Source: Chloroflexota bacterium | GTDB lineage: Bacteria > Chloroflexota > DTOL01 > JACQYG01 | Direction: 5' to 3' | DNA: 44,131 bases | NCBI GenBank assembly: GCA_040754915.1 | Contig: JBFMCB010000003.1 | Span: 1 to 44,131, forward strand | Part shown: positions 36,884 to 44,131 of the stretch, one piece after another | How the letters are laid out: each line of letters opens with the position of its first letter | How positions within the stretch are numbered: position 1 is the stretch's first letter | Program-made: the position numbers and the translations under genes | Notes under the pieces: model-generated | What the model was told of the DNA's origin: nothing | What the model saw: only the letters and a program-made list of their open reading frames with translations | Databases searched by the model: none

Positions 36884-38110
36884 TTAGGTCGTATACTCGC
36901 TGAACCCCTTCCCGACCTTCTTGCCCAGGTGTCCGGCCCGGACCTTAGTGCGCAGCAGCCGGGCTGGCCGGAAGCGCTCGCCGTACTGCTTCTGGAACTC
37001 CTCGAGTTTTTGCACGACGGTGTCCAGCCCCATCTCATCGGCCAACTGCAGGGGGCCCATAGCCGTGTCACCCTTCCTCATGCCGGTGCCGGCGATCATG
37101 GCCATGTTGATGTCGCCGGCCTTGGCGATATTCTCTTGTAAGGCCAGCACCGCCTCGTTGATCAGAGGCAGCATCAGCCGGTCCACGCCGAAGGTCGTCC
37201 CTTTGACCGCTTTGCCCTCCGCCTGAACCTCTTTGATCATCTGCTTGACCGGCTCATCGGTCTGGTCACCGTAGCCGTAGAAGCCAGCCCCCGCCTTCTC
37301 GCCTAACCGCCCGGCTGCCACCAGCTTGTGGAACAGGGCTGCAGGGGTCACGCGGTCGCCGTATTCGGCGTATAGGTATTCGCCCACGTCGTAGCAGATG
37401 TCAATGCCCAGCATATCCATCAGGGTGAAGGGGCCCATGGGCCAGCCAAACTCCACCATGGCCGTGTCGATCTCCTCCGCCGTGGCCGCGCCCTCCTGCA
37501 GGCACAGGACGGCCTCGTTCAGGTAGGGCATCAGGAGCCGGTTCACCAGGAAGCCCGGGCACTCCTGGACCACCACCGGGATCTTCCGGAGCGATTCGGT
37601 GAACATAACCACGTCGTCGATGGTCTCCTGGTTGGTGTCCAGGCCGGGGATCACCTCCACCAGCTTCATCACGTGGGCGGGGTTGAAGAAGTGCATGCCG
37701 ATCATCTTGTGGGGCCGCTTGGTGGCCGCGCCCATCTCGGAGATGGAAAGAGCCGAGGTATTGGAGGCGAAGATGGTGCCCTCCGGGCAGACCCTGTCCA
37801 GCTCGGCGAAGACCTGTTTCTTGATGCCCATCTTCTCGGGCACCGCCTCGATGACGATGTCCACATCGCTGAAATCGGCATAGCTCGTGGTGGCCGTGAC
37901 CAGGTCCATCTTTGACTGCATGTCAGCGGCGCTCATTTTGCCCTTGTCCACCCGCCCCTGATAAATGGCCCTGATCTTCTCGACGCCCTTGTCCACCAAT
38001 GCCTGATTGACATCCTTAATCACCACCGGCAAGCCAGAGAAGGTGACTACCTGGGCGATACCTGCGCCCATGGCCCCGGCGCCGACCACGCCGGCCTTGA
38101 AAATGTACAT
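36884..38110 (-). CDS. 3-hydroxyacyl-CoA dehydrogenase with a duplicated C-terminal domain
   Basis: GAGAMGAGIA, IEAVPE..K, ASNTSAL, GMHFFNP, PGFLVNRLL, and two copies of the NEA..ID/N.AM..MGP..D..G.D..G.LG.K.G.GF domain. Confidence 0.94.
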   Translation of the reverse strand: MYIFKAGVVGAGAMGAGIAQVVTFSGLPVVIKDVNQALVDKGVEKIRAIYQGRVDKGKMSAADMQSKMDLVTATTSYADFSDVDIVIEAVPEKMGIKKQVFAELDRVCPEGTIFASNTSALSISEMGAATKRPHKMIGMHFFNPAHVMKLVEVIPGLDTNQETIDDVVMFTESLRKIPVVVQECPGFLVNRLLMPYLNEAVLCLQEGAATAEEIDTAMVEFGWPMGPFTLMDMLGIDICYDVGEYLYAEYGDRVTPAALFHKLVAAGRLGEKAGAGFYGYGDQTDEPVKQMIKEVQAEGKAVKGTTFGVDRLMLPLINEAVLALQENIAKAGDINMAMIAGTGMRKGDTAMGPLQLADEMGLDTVVQKLEEFQKQYGERFRPARLLRTKVRAGHLGKKVGKGFSEYTT

Positions 38111-38128
38111 GGCTCGACCTCCTTGTTG

Positions 38129-39328
38129 TTATTTCCTCTCCACGACAATCGCCCCTCCCTGGCCGCCGCCCACGCACATGGTGGCCAGGCCAAAGTGCAG
38201 GCCCCGCTTCTTCATTTCGTGGAGCAACGTCACCGCGATGCGCGCCCCCGAGCACCCCACCGGATGCCCCAGGGCTATGGCGCCGCCGTTGACGTTCACC
38301 TTGTTCCAGTCCCAGCCGTCGTCCTTGAGGACTTTGCCTACGGCCAGGCACTGAGCGGCGAAGGCCTCGTTGAGCTCGATGAGGTCAATGTCGGTGAGCT
38401 TGAGCCCGGCCCGCTTGAGGGCCTTGGGCACAGCCACGGTGGGACCGATGCCCATGACCTCCGGCCCCACCCCCCCATAGGCATAGGCCCGGATGTAGCC
38501 CATGATCTCCAGCCCCAGGGACTTGGCGCGGTCCGCGGTCATGACCAGCAAGGCCGCCGCCCCATCGCTGATGGGGCAGGCGTTGCCGGGGGTAACGGTG
38601 CCGTTTTCCTTGAAGACCGTGGGGTAAAGCGCCAGCTTTTGCACGGAGATGGCGGGGTTGATGCACTCGTCCTGGGTGATGGGCTCGGAGGCCACCTCTT
38701 TGCCGGCTACCCTCTTGGCAACCATCACCGGGACGATCTCATCTTTAAACTTGCCGGTGCGGGTGGCCATGAAGGCCTTCTTGTGGCTCTCCACCGCGAA
38801 CTGGTCCTGCTCCTCCCGGCTGATGTTGTACATATCGGCCAGGTTTTCTGCGGTGCGGCCCATGATCTGGTTCACCACCGGGTCGGTGAGGCCCTCCCAC
38901 AGCACGTCGATGAACTGGGTGTGCCGCAGCTTCAGGCCCCAGCGAGCTCCCCGCACCATGTACGGGGCGGAGCTCATGCTCTCCGCGCCGCCCACCAGGT
39001 AGGAATCACCATGGTTCACCTGGATGCCCTCGTAGGCGCTGGTGATGGCTTGCAGGCCCGAGGCGCAATTGCGCTGCACGGTGAAGCCGGTGACCTCCTT
39101 GGGGATGCCGGCGTTCAGTGACGCCACCCGGGCCATGTTAGGGGCGTCGCTGGTCTGCATGCAACAGCCAAAGATCACTTCCTCCAGGCCGGCGGGGTCA
39201 ACCTGGGTGCGTTTGAGCACTTCCTGCATCACGATCTTGGCCAGCTCATGGGCAGCAACATCCTTCAGCGCCCCACCGTGGGCGCCGATGGGCGTGCGCA
39301 CGCCGCCTACCAGGACCACTTCTTTCAC
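38129..39328 (-). CDS. Acetyl-CoA C-acyltransferase (thiolase)
   Basis: RTPIG, RNCASGL (catalytic Cys), GGAESMS, MGRTAE, ELNEAFA, NVNGGAIALGHPVG, MCVGGGQG. GTG start at 39328 after AGGAGG. Confidence 0.96.
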   Translation of the reverse strand: MKEVVLVGGVRTPIGAHGGALKDVAAHELAKIVMQEVLKRTQVDPAGLEEVIFGCCMQTSDAPNMARVASLNAGIPKEVTGFTVQRNCASGLQAITSAYEGIQVNHGDSYLVGGAESMSSAPYMVRGARWGLKLRHTQFIDVLWEGLTDPVVNQIMGRTAENLADMYNISREEQDQFAVESHKKAFMATRTGKFKDEIVPVMVAKRVAGKEVASEPITQDECINPAISVQKLALYPTVFKENGTVTPGNACPISDGAAALLVMTADRAKSLGLEIMGYIRAYAYGGVGPEVMGIGPTVAVPKALKRAGLKLTDIDLIELNEAFAAQCLAVGKVLKDDGWDWNKVNVNGGAIALGHPVGCSGARIAVTLLHEMKKRGLHFGLATMCVGGGQGGAIVVERK

Positions 39329-39374
39329 TAAACACCTCCTTGTGAAGTTGAAAACGGGTTCGCATTCGGGGGTC

Positions 39375-39425
39375 AAAAAGCAAAGCGAGGGGGACTGGCA
39401 GATGTGGTCACCAGGAACCCCTCGC
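39375..39425 (-). terminator. Intrinsic terminator within the 5' leader of the acyl-CoA operon (attenuator)
   Basis: RNA GCGAGGGG-UUC-CUGG-loop-CCAG-UC-CCCCUCGC followed by UUUGCUUUUU. It lies downstream of the predicted promoter and about 45 nt upstream of the thiolase start. Confidence 0.7.
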
Positions 39426-39540
39426 CTGAACGATGGTACGTAATCGTGGCCGTGAGGTGGCAGGACACGGTAGCAAATGTCACTATCCAGAGCTCCTTAG
39501 GCGGGTCTGGAACGGGATACGTGATCGGCCTTCCTGCCGT
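39375..39540 (-). ncRNA. Candidate cis-regulatory leader RNA (riboswitch- or attenuator-like, unassigned class)
   Basis: Nested helices GGCAGGA/UCCUGCC enclosing UCAC(G)UAUCC/GGAUAGUGA or UCCAGA/UCUGGA, then an ACGAU/AUCGU hairpin and a terminator. Confidence 0.45.
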
Positions 39541-39562
39541 AAAAACAGTTAATCTAATATTA

Positions 39563-39592
39563 ATTTTAGCGTTTGGCGGCTACAAAAGTCAA
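39563..39592 (-). promoter_or_regulatory. Sigma-A-type promoter of the acyl-CoA operon
   Basis: Minus strand TTGACT (39587-39592), 18 nt spacer, TAAAAT (39563-39568), in an AT-rich patch. Confidence 0.65.
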
Positions 39593-39594
39593 CA

Positions 39595-39612
39595 TGGTGC
39601 AATATTTCACAA
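39595..39612. promoter_or_regulatory. Rex-like operator
   Basis: TGGTGCAATATTTCACAA has two mismatches to the Rex consensus TTGTGAAnnnnTTCACAA and sits 2 nt upstream of the -35. Confidence 0.6.
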
Positions 39613-39717
39613 AGTTCCGGGCACTTGGCGAGGGGTGTGGTATGAATGCGGCGCCTGGCCGCTATAGTCTTATGCCGTGGTGCCTCGAGACGGTTCCGGA
39701 CGAGAGCATCTCTTTGT

Positions 39718-40980
39718 TCAGCGGGACATGGCTGACTGTAGTTTCCTTCGGAGCCGCTGCCGGCGATGTTCTAGTTCGCGTGCTTCAATCCCATCCCGAT
39801 CTGTTTCGCTCACGGCTCGACGCCAATCCAGGACGGCCAGGGCTCGGCTTACGCTAGCCTCAGCAGCCCGGTAGTCGTGTTGATGATGTTCGTGGTATTT
39901 GGCGAGTTCCACGTAAGGATAGAGCACCGCTTCAGGTTTAGTGGCGATCAGGTCTAGCCAGATTGTCGCCGCCTTTTCCAATTGCCCGGTGCGTTTTAAC
40001 AGAAAGCCTAAGTGCCGCTGAGCTTTTTCCCGGACCTCTGGGGTGGTAGTGGCGTCAGCCGCCATCTCATAGGCCCTTTGGCTGTCTAGCGGCCGGCCAG
40101 TCTTTTCGAAAAGCAGGCCCAGGCTAAGAAAATCTTCCGGCTCGTTGACCAGGCCCCCGAAAGGATTGGTGAGGATAGCGCAAAGCTGGATAGTTAAGGC
40201 CAAAAGAGAGACTACGTCCTGGACATTATGGTAGAAGACTTGGCGCAGGCAACTGGCATCGCCGAGGCGCAGGTATTGGAAGTAGAGGCTGGGTATGAGC
40301 CAACTGGGGACGTCCTCTTCCCTTTCCACCTCAAGGATATGTCGCTCCAAACTGGGCAGGGCACAGGATCCCAGCCGTCTTCGCCAGAGCCGGCGGGAGG
40401 GGAACAGGAGGTCCAGGTGTGGCGGGTCCACCAGCCCCATTGACATTCGCGAATAGACGAAACGGGTGGTGAGAAGTGGCCAGTCGAAGGCCTTTCCGTT
40501 GAAGGTGACGATGCCCCGAAAGCGCCCCAGCAGATCGTTGACGTTAGCCAGAAAGGCTTTTTCCTGGTCGTAGTCCCGCAGAAAAAACTGCTGGAGGCGG
40601 AATTCAGCCCCCTCCAGGTAGCCAATGCCTACCAGGAAGACGTAGGTGCCGGTGCCGCCGGATAGCCCGGTGGTCTCGGTGTCCAGAAAGGCAAGCTGCT
40701 CCAGCGGGATACTGCTCAGGGGCGGCTCGCTGGCCAAGAGGGCCGCCGCCTCGCTGGAGTAAATCCCGGCGGGGTCCAGGAGGACGCGGCCGTGCCGGTA
40801 GGTCAAGGGCAAGTACCGTTCGGTGACAAAGCATTCCCCCCACGCCGAACGCGCATAGGTGCCCTTTATGACCTGATCTATGGGAACTGATGGTTCAGCT
40901 CTGGGCTTCGAGGCCAGCCTGATCACCCGGCCGCTGCCCACCTCCACGCCCAGGCTCCGCAATCGCTCGTAGATATCCAT
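39718..40980 (-). CDS. RNase H-like (DEDD) exonuclease with C-terminal TPR-like helices, YprB/MrfB-like
   Basis: FLDTETTGLSGGTGTYVFLVG, TFNGKAFD, HLDLL, HNVQDV, and C-terminal ELAKYHEH. Confidence 0.85.
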   Translation of the reverse strand: MDIYERLRSLGVEVGSGRVIRLASKPRAEPSVPIDQVIKGTYARSAWGECFVTERYLPLTYRHGRVLLDPAGIYSSEAAALLASEPPLSSIPLEQLAFLDTETTGLSGGTGTYVFLVGIGYLEGAEFRLQQFFLRDYDQEKAFLANVNDLLGRFRGIVTFNGKAFDWPLLTTRFVYSRMSMGLVDPPHLDLLFPSRRLWRRRLGSCALPSLERHILEVEREEDVPSWLIPSLYFQYLRLGDASCLRQVFYHNVQDVVSLLALTIQLCAILTNPFGGLVNEPEDFLSLGLLFEKTGRPLDSQRAYEMAADATTTPEVREKAQRHLGFLLKRTGQLEKAATIWLDLIATKPEAVLYPYVELAKYHEHHQHDYRAAEASVSRALAVLDWRRAVSETDRDGIEARELEHRRQRLRRKLQSAMSR

Positions 40981-41093
40981 CAGCTAGACGCCCAACACCG
41001 GGCTTTCATGAGCATTTGGTTGGGCCTGGAGTCTACCCCTTATTGTTTTGGCCAAGTAACGATTAGAGAAGGCCACCACTTCGGAGTGTCTCT

Positions 41094-41167
41094 TGTAGTC
41101 CTTGGTCCTTAGTCATCGGTCATTGGTCCGTGGTCGTTAGTCAACGGACTACGGACCACGGACTACC
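41094..41167. repeat. Heptamer-periodic palindromic element, copy 2
   Basis: Left arm differs from copy 1 (35919) at 2 of 49 positions. It has the same aac centre and three ggacYac units. Confidence 0.85.
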
Positions 41168-41249
41168 CTTTGTCTCCCGAAGAACAACTAATCGGGCTTA
41201 TGGCCGATAATCCGTTGAGTCAGGGCAATGGCCCGGTCCGGGCCACCGG

Positions 41250-41861
41250 CTACTCGGCCTCCAGGTGGCAAGTGCAGTTTAGGGTTGATAGAGCCGCATT
41301 CCCATGTTCCAGCTTCAAGACACTCAGCGAGGCTTGGTCGATCCGGAAGCGGTGGATATGGTCCAGGTCAATGCCCATGTAATGGGCCGCGATGGCCCTG
41401 ATAACGTCGGCGTGAGAGACCAGTGCCACTGCGCCCGATGGTATCTCTGCCCGAAGCCTCTCGATGAGGCTCACGGCTCGTTCCTGGACCTCACTGAGGC
41501 TTTCCCCACCGGGGAATCTCACCGCCGCAGGATGGACCCGGTACTCCCGCCAATAGGGATCATTGGCATCCAGGTCCCTGATGAAGCGGCCTTCCAGCTC
41601 CCCTACTCGAATCTCGCCCAGGGCGTCCTCGATCGTAACCTGCATCCCCCGGCCATTGGCGATGATCTGAGCGGTCTCCCTGGCCCGGTCAAGAGGGCTG
41701 GAATAGATCGCCACCAGGGGCAGCGCAGCTATCCTTTGGGCCAGCCGTGTTGCCTGCCAGCGTCCTTTCTCGCTCAAGCTGACGCCGCGGACCCACCCCT
41801 GTAACCGTCCTTCTTCCAGCCACCCGGTGCGGCCGTGTCGGATCAACAGAAAAGTAGTCAT
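41250..41861 (-). CDS. Histidine phosphatase (phosphoglycerate mutase family)
   Basis: LIRHG, YSSPLDRARETA, EIRVGELEG, PGGES, LVSHADVI. Confidence 0.93.
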   Translation of the reverse strand: MTTFLLIRHGRTGWLEEGRLQGWVRGVSLSEKGRWQATRLAQRIAALPLVAIYSSPLDRARETAQIIANGRGMQVTIEDALGEIRVGELEGRFIRDLDANDPYWREYRVHPAAVRFPGGESLSEVQERAVSLIERLRAEIPSGAVALVSHADVIRAIAAHYMGIDLDHIHRFRIDQASLSVLKLEHGNAALSTLNCTCHLEAE

Positions 41862-41870
41862 GGTTCGGTT

Positions 41871-42851
41871 TCAGGCCAGAGGTAGCGCCACGCGCTGGCC
41901 GCTGCGGGCGCTCCGGTAGCAGGCCTCCACCAGCTCAATGGACTTGTAGGCATCGTCCACGGTGACCGGCGGCGCTTTTCCTTCCAAGACCGCGGTCACG
42001 AAGAGCTGGTCCTCCTTGATGTACCCCCATTTTTCGGGGTTGGTGAGCTGAAAATAGTCGCGGCGCACGATCTCCTGGCCCAGGCCCGGCGAGTAGGTGA
42101 CCTTCTCCATCTCCTCAGTGATGATGGCGGCGTGGTCGCCGTAGAGCTCAATGCGCTCGAAGGGGAAGGACCAGGTTGCGTGGGCACAGGAGGAGAAGGC
42201 GGCATACCGGTCGTTCTCGAAGGTCAAGATCATGACGAAGTCATCGAGGTCCGGGTAGACATTGGCCCGGGCGCGGCAGTCCAGCTCCAACACCTCGCCC
42301 ATGAGCCAGCGGATCATATCCAGCAGGTGGATGGTGGACTCGAAGAGGAAGCCACCGGTGATGTCCTTGTTCCACACCCAGGGCGGGTTCTTCAGCTCGC
42401 CCCGGTTCATCTTCACGTTGGCCGAGTAGGGCACCAACCCCTGGGCGATCTTCTCCTTGGCGAACTGGTAGACGGGGGCGAAACGGCGGTTATGGCCGAT
42501 CTGGTATAGCCTTTTGCTGGCCCTGGCCGCCTCCCGGATGCGCTTGGCATCCTCGAACGTGATGGCCATGGGCTTCTCGCAGAAGACGTGTATGCCCTGG
42601 GCCAGGGCCGATAACACGATGGGCGTATGCAGGGTGTTGGGCGTGGTGACGTACACCGCGTCGATGCCGGAGGATAAGAGTTGCTCATAGTCCGTGTAGG
42701 CCTTGCCCCCGAACTGGTTAGCCAAGTCCTGAGCCCTCTTTTCCACGACATCGGCGAAACCCACCAGCTTGACCCTTTCATCAGCGGCCAGGATGCGGGC
42801 ATGAACCCCGCCGATGTAGCCGGCACCCACGAGGCCGATTTTCAACATCAT
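41871..42851 (-). CDS. Gfo/Idh/MocA family NAD(P)-dependent oxidoreductase (inositol dehydrogenase-like)
   Basis: IGLVGAGYIG, TPNTLH, HVFCEKP, GHNRRF, GGFLFESTIHLLD. ATG 42851 after AAGGAG. Confidence 0.92.
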   Translation of the reverse strand: MMLKIGLVGAGYIGGVHARILAADERVKLVGFADVVEKRAQDLANQFGGKAYTDYEQLLSSGIDAVYVTTPNTLHTPIVLSALAQGIHVFCEKPMAITFEDAKRIREAARASKRLYQIGHNRRFAPVYQFAKEKIAQGLVPYSANVKMNRGELKNPPWVWNKDITGGFLFESTIHLLDMIRWLMGEVLELDCRARANVYPDLDDFVMILTFENDRYAAFSSCAHATWSFPFERIELYGDHAAIITEEMEKVTYSPGLGQEIVRRDYFQLTNPEKWGYIKEDQLFVTAVLEGKAPPVTVDDAYKSIELVEACYRSARSGQRVALPLA

Positions 42852-42914
42852 CTTTGACTCCTTCACCAATATAGACAGAGAGGCGCAGGTACTGAGTCGG
42901 CGTGCAAAGCCGAC

Positions 42915-43736
42915 CTACTGGAGCCCGAGGACCTCCTGAGTCCTGGCTTTGGCCATCTCGGCGACGCGCAGTGGCTCCCATTGCCAGTATTCCGGTCGAA
43001 ACAGCTCAATCGACGCCATGCGGTCGTAGCCCACCTTGCGGAGGGCCCTGATGATCGGTCTAAGCGGGATCACGCCCTGGCCGGGGAACAACCGGTGCGC
43101 GTCGGTGAGCTCCGACTTAGGGCGGTCTTCAGCATCATTGATGTGTAGGATGAACAGCTTCCTGGGGTCGATCTTACGGATGGAGGCCACGGTGGAATCG
43201 CCGGCGTAGAAATGGAAGGTATCGATGACCAGGCCAACGTTGGGCCGGTCCACTTGCTCCACTATCCGCCGGCAATCGGCCAAATTGCTCACGGTACGAT
43301 TGGGCTGGCCAATGAACTCGAAGGCCAGACCGACATCGTAACCCAGGGCCACCGCGGCAAGCTCGCGCAACACCCGCACTGACTCGGCAAATATCTCCCT
43401 TCTAGAAACGCCTTTAGGCTTATCACTGGGCACCACCACGACGTAGGGGCACGCCAAAGCCTGGGCGATGTGGCACAGGTAGTGGCAGCGCCGGACGATG
43501 GCCTCGTAACCCGCGGCATCCTGGAAAGTGATCTGTTCAATGGAGTTGATGCTATAGGGCCTCACCTTGGCTTGCGCCAGGATTTCCCCCAGGTTCTCCA
43601 CGGTCTTACTTTTCAGGAACACGTCCAGCTTGGCTGACCATATCTCTAGCAGGTCGTAGCCTGCCTGGCCTGCCACCTGCACGTCGACCTCCAGTTCAGC
43701 GCCCATGGTCGTGGCGCCGTTGAGCCCTATTAACAT
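42915..43736 (-). CDS. iolI: Sugar phosphate isomerase/epimerase, IolI (2-keto-myo-inositol isomerase)-like
   Basis: LNGATT, EFIG, VGLVIDTFHF, HINDAED, R.FPGQG, SIELFRPEYW. The motif order closely follows my recollection of B. subtilis IolI. Confidence 0.8.
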   Translation of the reverse strand: MLIGLNGATTMGAELEVDVQVAGQAGYDLLEIWSAKLDVFLKSKTVENLGEILAQAKVRPYSINSIEQITFQDAAGYEAIVRRCHYLCHIAQALACPYVVVVPSDKPKGVSRREIFAESVRVLRELAAVALGYDVGLAFEFIGQPNRTVSNLADCRRIVEQVDRPNVGLVIDTFHFYAGDSTVASIRKIDPRKLFILHINDAEDRPKSELTDAHRLFPGQGVIPLRPIIRALRKVGYDRMASIELFRPEYWQWEPLRVAEMAKARTQEVLGLQ

Positions 43737-43749
43737 ACTGACCTCCCTC

Positions 43750-43929
43750 AGAAGGTTTAAGGAACACTACAGGGGCGGTCTTTTCTTGGACTACCTCAAG
43801 TGACTGCTGGCCGATGCCTGGGACCAGAAGGTGGTGGGCCCGCGGCGCACCGCCCTGGTCTATCGCTTCCTCTACGATCGGGACATCGCCGATGAGGAGG
43901 CCTGGATCCGGCACACGCCCGAAGAGTAG
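43750..43929 (+). pseudogene. Gene remnant (3' fragment with an internal stop)
   Basis: Frame reads RRFKEHYRGGLFLDYLK*LLADAWDQKVVGPRRTALVYRFLYDRDIADEEAWIRHTPEE* with strong GC3 bias. No room for a 5' part or RBS; internal TGA at 43801. Confidence 0.45.
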
Positions 43930-44044
43930 TCAGAGCCATTCAGCTCCCAGGTGCGATACACTTCTCATGATACTGCTGGCAAACTACCGTTTGTGGGTCA
44001 AGATGGGGAGAATGTCTCTGACTATGGACGTTTTTGCTGCCCGA

Positions 44045-44131
44045 TTAGCCCGGAGCTAAGAAGCGAGCAGCGATATCCTGGGCAAACCGATCCAGATCGT
44101 CCAGGCCGGTGACCAGATTGTGGTGGCCAAC
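44045..44131 (-). CDS. 3' end of a gene that starts beyond the window (product unknown)
   Basis: Open minus frame VGHHNLVTGLDDLDRFAQDIAARFLAPG* from the window edge with typical codon usage. Confidence 0.5.
   Translation of the reverse strand, partial: VGHHNLVTGLDDLDRFAQDIAARFLAPG

Noticed and set aside
38123-39121. 332-aa plus-strand ORF
   Set aside because: Antisense shadow of the thiolase.
39404-39667. 87-aa plus-strand ORF in the thiolase upstream region
   Set aside because: Atypical codon usage and no clear RBS; it overlaps the promoter, operator and leader on the other strand.
43801-43803. In-frame TGA as selenocysteine
   Set aside because: The fragment has no start, no redox-motif context and no evident SECIS hairpin. 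A nonsense mutation is simpler.

Overview
A gene-dense, GC-rich bacterial chromosomal segment. The gene repertoire (long HPF, DUF951, a YprB/MrfB-like nuclease, DUF2085 pair, many CxxC zinc-ribbon proteins, sigma-A-like promoters, heptamer and REP-like intergenic repeats) suggests a monoderm anaerobe, most plausibly Chloroflexota (inference only). From left to right: (1) YtnP-like MBL hydrolase (5'-truncated), hpf, an uncharacterised CofC/GT-A-like protein and a GH35 beta-galactosidase; (2) a minus-strand run DUF951-def-sucC-sucD-tRNA nucleotidyltransferase-recJ; (3) polA-mutM-stand-alone S24/LexA-like domain, then an M16 peptidase, a multi-zinc-ribbon protein and a metallophosphoesterase; (4) a ~8.4 kb metal/thiol cluster: two membrane zinc-ribbon proteins, copA, YHS, TlpA-like thioredoxin, two DUF2085, DUF2318 and a MacB/FtsX-type ABC transporter; (5) a ~12 kb, 12-gene acyl-CoA operon (thiolase, 3-hydroxyacyl-CoA dehydrogenase, enoyl-CoA hydratase, acyl-CoA ligase, two acyl-CoA dehydrogenases, etfB, CoA-transferase-fold alpha/beta, etfA, two thioesterases); (6) an MrfB-like exonuclease, histidine phosphatase, Gfo/Idh/MocA oxidoreductase, iolI-like isomerase, a gene remnant and a truncated gene end. 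I saw no rRNA, tRNA, CRISPR array, transposase or phage gene. The best candidates for something undescribed are: a ~230-nt structured leader with an intrinsic terminator and possible antiterminator, preceded by a Rex-like operator, in front of the acyl-CoA operon; a CoA-transferase-fold pair inserted between etfB and etfA that appears to lack the canonical catalytic Glu; and the copper-linked, Fet-like cluster. All protein calls are from motifs read by eye; no database search was run.
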